Origin: Octopus vulgaris
Taxonomy: Eukaryota
Direction of reading: 5' to 3'
Assembly: GCA_951406725.2 (NCBI GenBank)
Contig: OX597818.1
Coordinates: 63,736,001 to 63,800,000, forward strand
Length of the DNA stretch: 64,000 nt
Shown: piece after piece, positions 61,283 to 64,000 of the stretch
How positions within the stretch are numbered: position 1 is the first letter of the stretch
Layout: the number at the start of each line of letters is the position of its first letter
Notes under the pieces: model-generated
What the model saw: the letters and a program-made list of their open reading frames with translations, nothing else
Database searches by the model: none
Told to the model about the DNA's origin: nothing
Made by a program: the position numbers and the translations under genes

Positions 61283-63258
61283 AGCAAACAATACAATATT
61301 TAAAAATATATTTAAAATATATTTAAACTATATTGAGTGTGTGCATTTTATTTCTTTTATACAAGGGGTGGGTACACACACAAAAATGTTTCGTAGTCAT
61401 AACACTTTAGCACATACGTATAGTTGATATACATACGCAGCTGATACAACCACATGGAACACCCACACATAGGCACACATATCCACTCATCCACAAACCA
61501 GGCACATCTCACGTACGTCCCTCACAAATATTTTCCAGACACCGATGCACCACCAACATCCTGTCCAGGCACTTGGCACAAGCAATACAGGCTGTTGATG
61601 CATGTCATCTCACTGATATTTCAGTATCCTTATCAACAACAATATGTGACCTGCTTTGAACAGTAGCAGCCACGTTCCAAGAAGCCATCTGGTACTTCGT
61701 TCCTTTCCACATTCGGTTGCCTGAAACTGACGTGCGAGTATCTAGTGCCGTACCTACGGAACATTAAATTTCATTGGTAGAATCAAATTCAGAGAAAAAA
61801 TGTGAGAGAGAGAGAGAGAGAAAAGGACAAGGAGAGGAAGAAAGAGGGAGAGAAAAGGAGAAAGAGACAGGCAGAGAGAATGAGCGTAAAACTGAAGATG
61901 TGTTAGAACAAACTCAATATTTCTACTGAGTGACGTTGAAAACTCGTACGCTAATTAATAATTCTTATAATTTCCATAGTTCATTTGCTTTTATAATAAA
62001 CCTCCAAAAGACGTACACAATACGTTTGACGATTACTAAGAGACGATTTTTAAATTTCATTTCTCGTTAATCTATTTCCTGCGAGTATTAATCTGAAGAA
62101 AACGCAAATGCATTCATCTGTAATTGTTATATCTAAAGAAGTACATTCATGATTAAAGAAAAAAATATAGGTGTGTTGCTTGTGCGCATGTAGGACTGCA
62201 TACATATGTGAGTGCGCACTTGTGTTTGTTTGCAGTTGTGTGCGTGGGCGCATGTGTGTGCTTGCAAGCGTGCATTCGTCTGTGTGCAGGAGTGTGTTGG
62301 TAGAGAATGACCAAACTGCTGAATATTTTTAATTCTCATGCATCTCCCAGCTTTTATGAAGCTGCGCTGCATCTTACACAAATGTCATTTACCTTCACCA
62401 CTTGTCAACCCATTAGTTAAGAGGGGAATTTCGTCGGTTGAAATTGTATAGAAATCCATCCAGTTGTTCAGATTTAACTGGGAAATCATTGTCGTATTCG
62501 TTGTCATTCAGATTCTTAGAAAAACCCTAAATTTACCTGATGTCAGTGGAATTCTCTGACAGTTATTTATTTCAAGTTCAGATAATTCATTTAATGAGAA
62601 AAAATTAACCCGCGTTGTTGAATGTTTTGAGATCACTACACCTCTTGCACATAAATACGCTTAGATACAAGGCACATCTCTTTATTACAAGCTCTACTTT
62701 TTGAAAAATCGATTATAATTCCTTTATTGCAGATTTCTTGTCATTTGAAACACTTAATATTATGCTGTGTGTAAGCGTTCTAACCAACCCCAAATTTGAA
62801 ACTTAATCGACTTCACATTTATGTTCGTTCTCTATTGGTTTTGCTTGTCACTCTTCGTCTAGAGTACATTATTATCTTGAAGGTAGGTTCATATGATTTC
62901 CGGTTGACGTTTCTCCCTAGCAATTTGTTTTTCGTTAGATATGTAGTTTGGATTTGAGATTCAATAGTAATAAAACTTTTGGAAGAGTTAGACACAAGCG
63001 GACTTCACGATGACTTCATGTGCGAATTCTTGATGTATTTTCTGAAAACTATATCAGTTTGTAAGTAATTTCTGAAGATTGACACGTTATTGAGGATTCA
63101 ATTGAAAGCTTCTTGTAATGAGAAATGGATTACATTTCCTTAAGCCTTAATTTATTGAAAGACTCCTTATTAAATTCGTAAAGTATTTTCCTCGTAACTG
63201 TTGTTTGCATGATACGGCTTTCCGTAAATATATTATATAGTATATAGTATATAGTATA

Positions 63259-63648
63259 GGCGCAGGAGTGGCTGTGTGGTAAGTAGCTTGCTAACCAGCC
63301 ACATGGTTCTGGGTTCAGTCCCACTGCGTGGCATCTTGGGCAGGTGTCTTCTGCTGTAACCCCGGGCCGACCAATGCCTTGTGAGTGGATTTGGTAGACG
63401 GAAACTGAAAGAAGCCTGTCGTATATATGTATATATATATAAGTGTGTGTGTATATGTTTGTGTGTCTGTGTTTGTCCCCCTAGCATTGCTTGACAACCG
63501 ATGCTGGTTCAGCAAAAGAGACCGATAGAATAAGTACTGGGCTTACAAAGAATAAGTCCCGGGGTCGATTTGCTCGACTAAAGGCGGTGCTCCAGCATGG
63601 CCGCAGTCAAATGACTGAAACAAGTAAAAGAGTAATAGAGTAAAGAGT
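63259..63648 (+). mobile_element. SINE family A, near full length
   Basis: ggcgcaggagtggctgtgtgg A box, gggttcagtccc B box, internal (TA)/(TG) tract, tail agtaaaagagtaa. Confidence 0.93.
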
Positions 63649-64000
63649 AGAATATATCAAAGTCTTTGTCAGTAAACTATTATGTGTAGTGCCATTGTAT
63701 TATTCAGAGCTTTCTAATAAAAAAAACATGTACAGCAGATAAGTGTGTCATGTTTAATTCGCACGATGTCTCCATTAAAAAAAGCGGGAAGTAATAATTT
63801 CTGTCTGGGAAATTATCTTGTTTTGCTTAGACGGAGATTGTTCGAAATAAATTTGTTTCCGGAAAAAAAGAAAAGTTTTTTACCTATGTTGAAGAATCAT
63901 GATTTTCATATTATCCATTAGTAAACAAATAAATAATTCTCATTATTTACTTATTTTATATGTTTTCTAATAAACAACCATCGAAAGACGAACACAGCAG

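Noticed and set aside
62390-63120. Possible decayed coding sequence on the minus strand
   Set aside because: Multiple stops and no motif recognised.
408-63515. Dozens of [16 protein letters not shown]/poly-I ORFs
   Set aside because: Translations of microsatellites or SINEs, which lack stops by composition.

Overview
AT-rich, microsatellite-dense animal DNA with no host gene I can support. The SINE families and (TA)n/(CA)n/(GATA)n density suggest a coleoid cephalopod (Octopus-like); this is recognition from memory, not a database result. Most listed ORFs are microsatellite translations. The real coding content is transposon-derived: a 5'-truncated CR1-clade LINE with an open RT frame (~1061-2682); a Penelope-like element (PLE; ~24589-29941) with intact RT+GIY-YIG ORF, an upstream ORF and a T-TTT-TTA slippery junction; and relics of HERO/R2-like, CR1, PLE and Tc1/mariner elements. 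There are about 20 tRNA-derived SINE copies, a Tc1-type MITE and a hAT MITE with an 8-bp TSD. The main hidden signal is about eight minimal type I hammerhead ribozyme (HHR) motifs with palindromic stem III. Two carry a compensatory U3:A8 core, and one sits in a tRNA-headed, terminally redundant retrozyme/SINE-like unit. Also present are a ~107-bp-arm foldback, two long inverted duplications, two insertions flanked by 60-90 bp duplications, and duplicated segments retaining exon-like splice signals. Coordinates and folds were read by eye.
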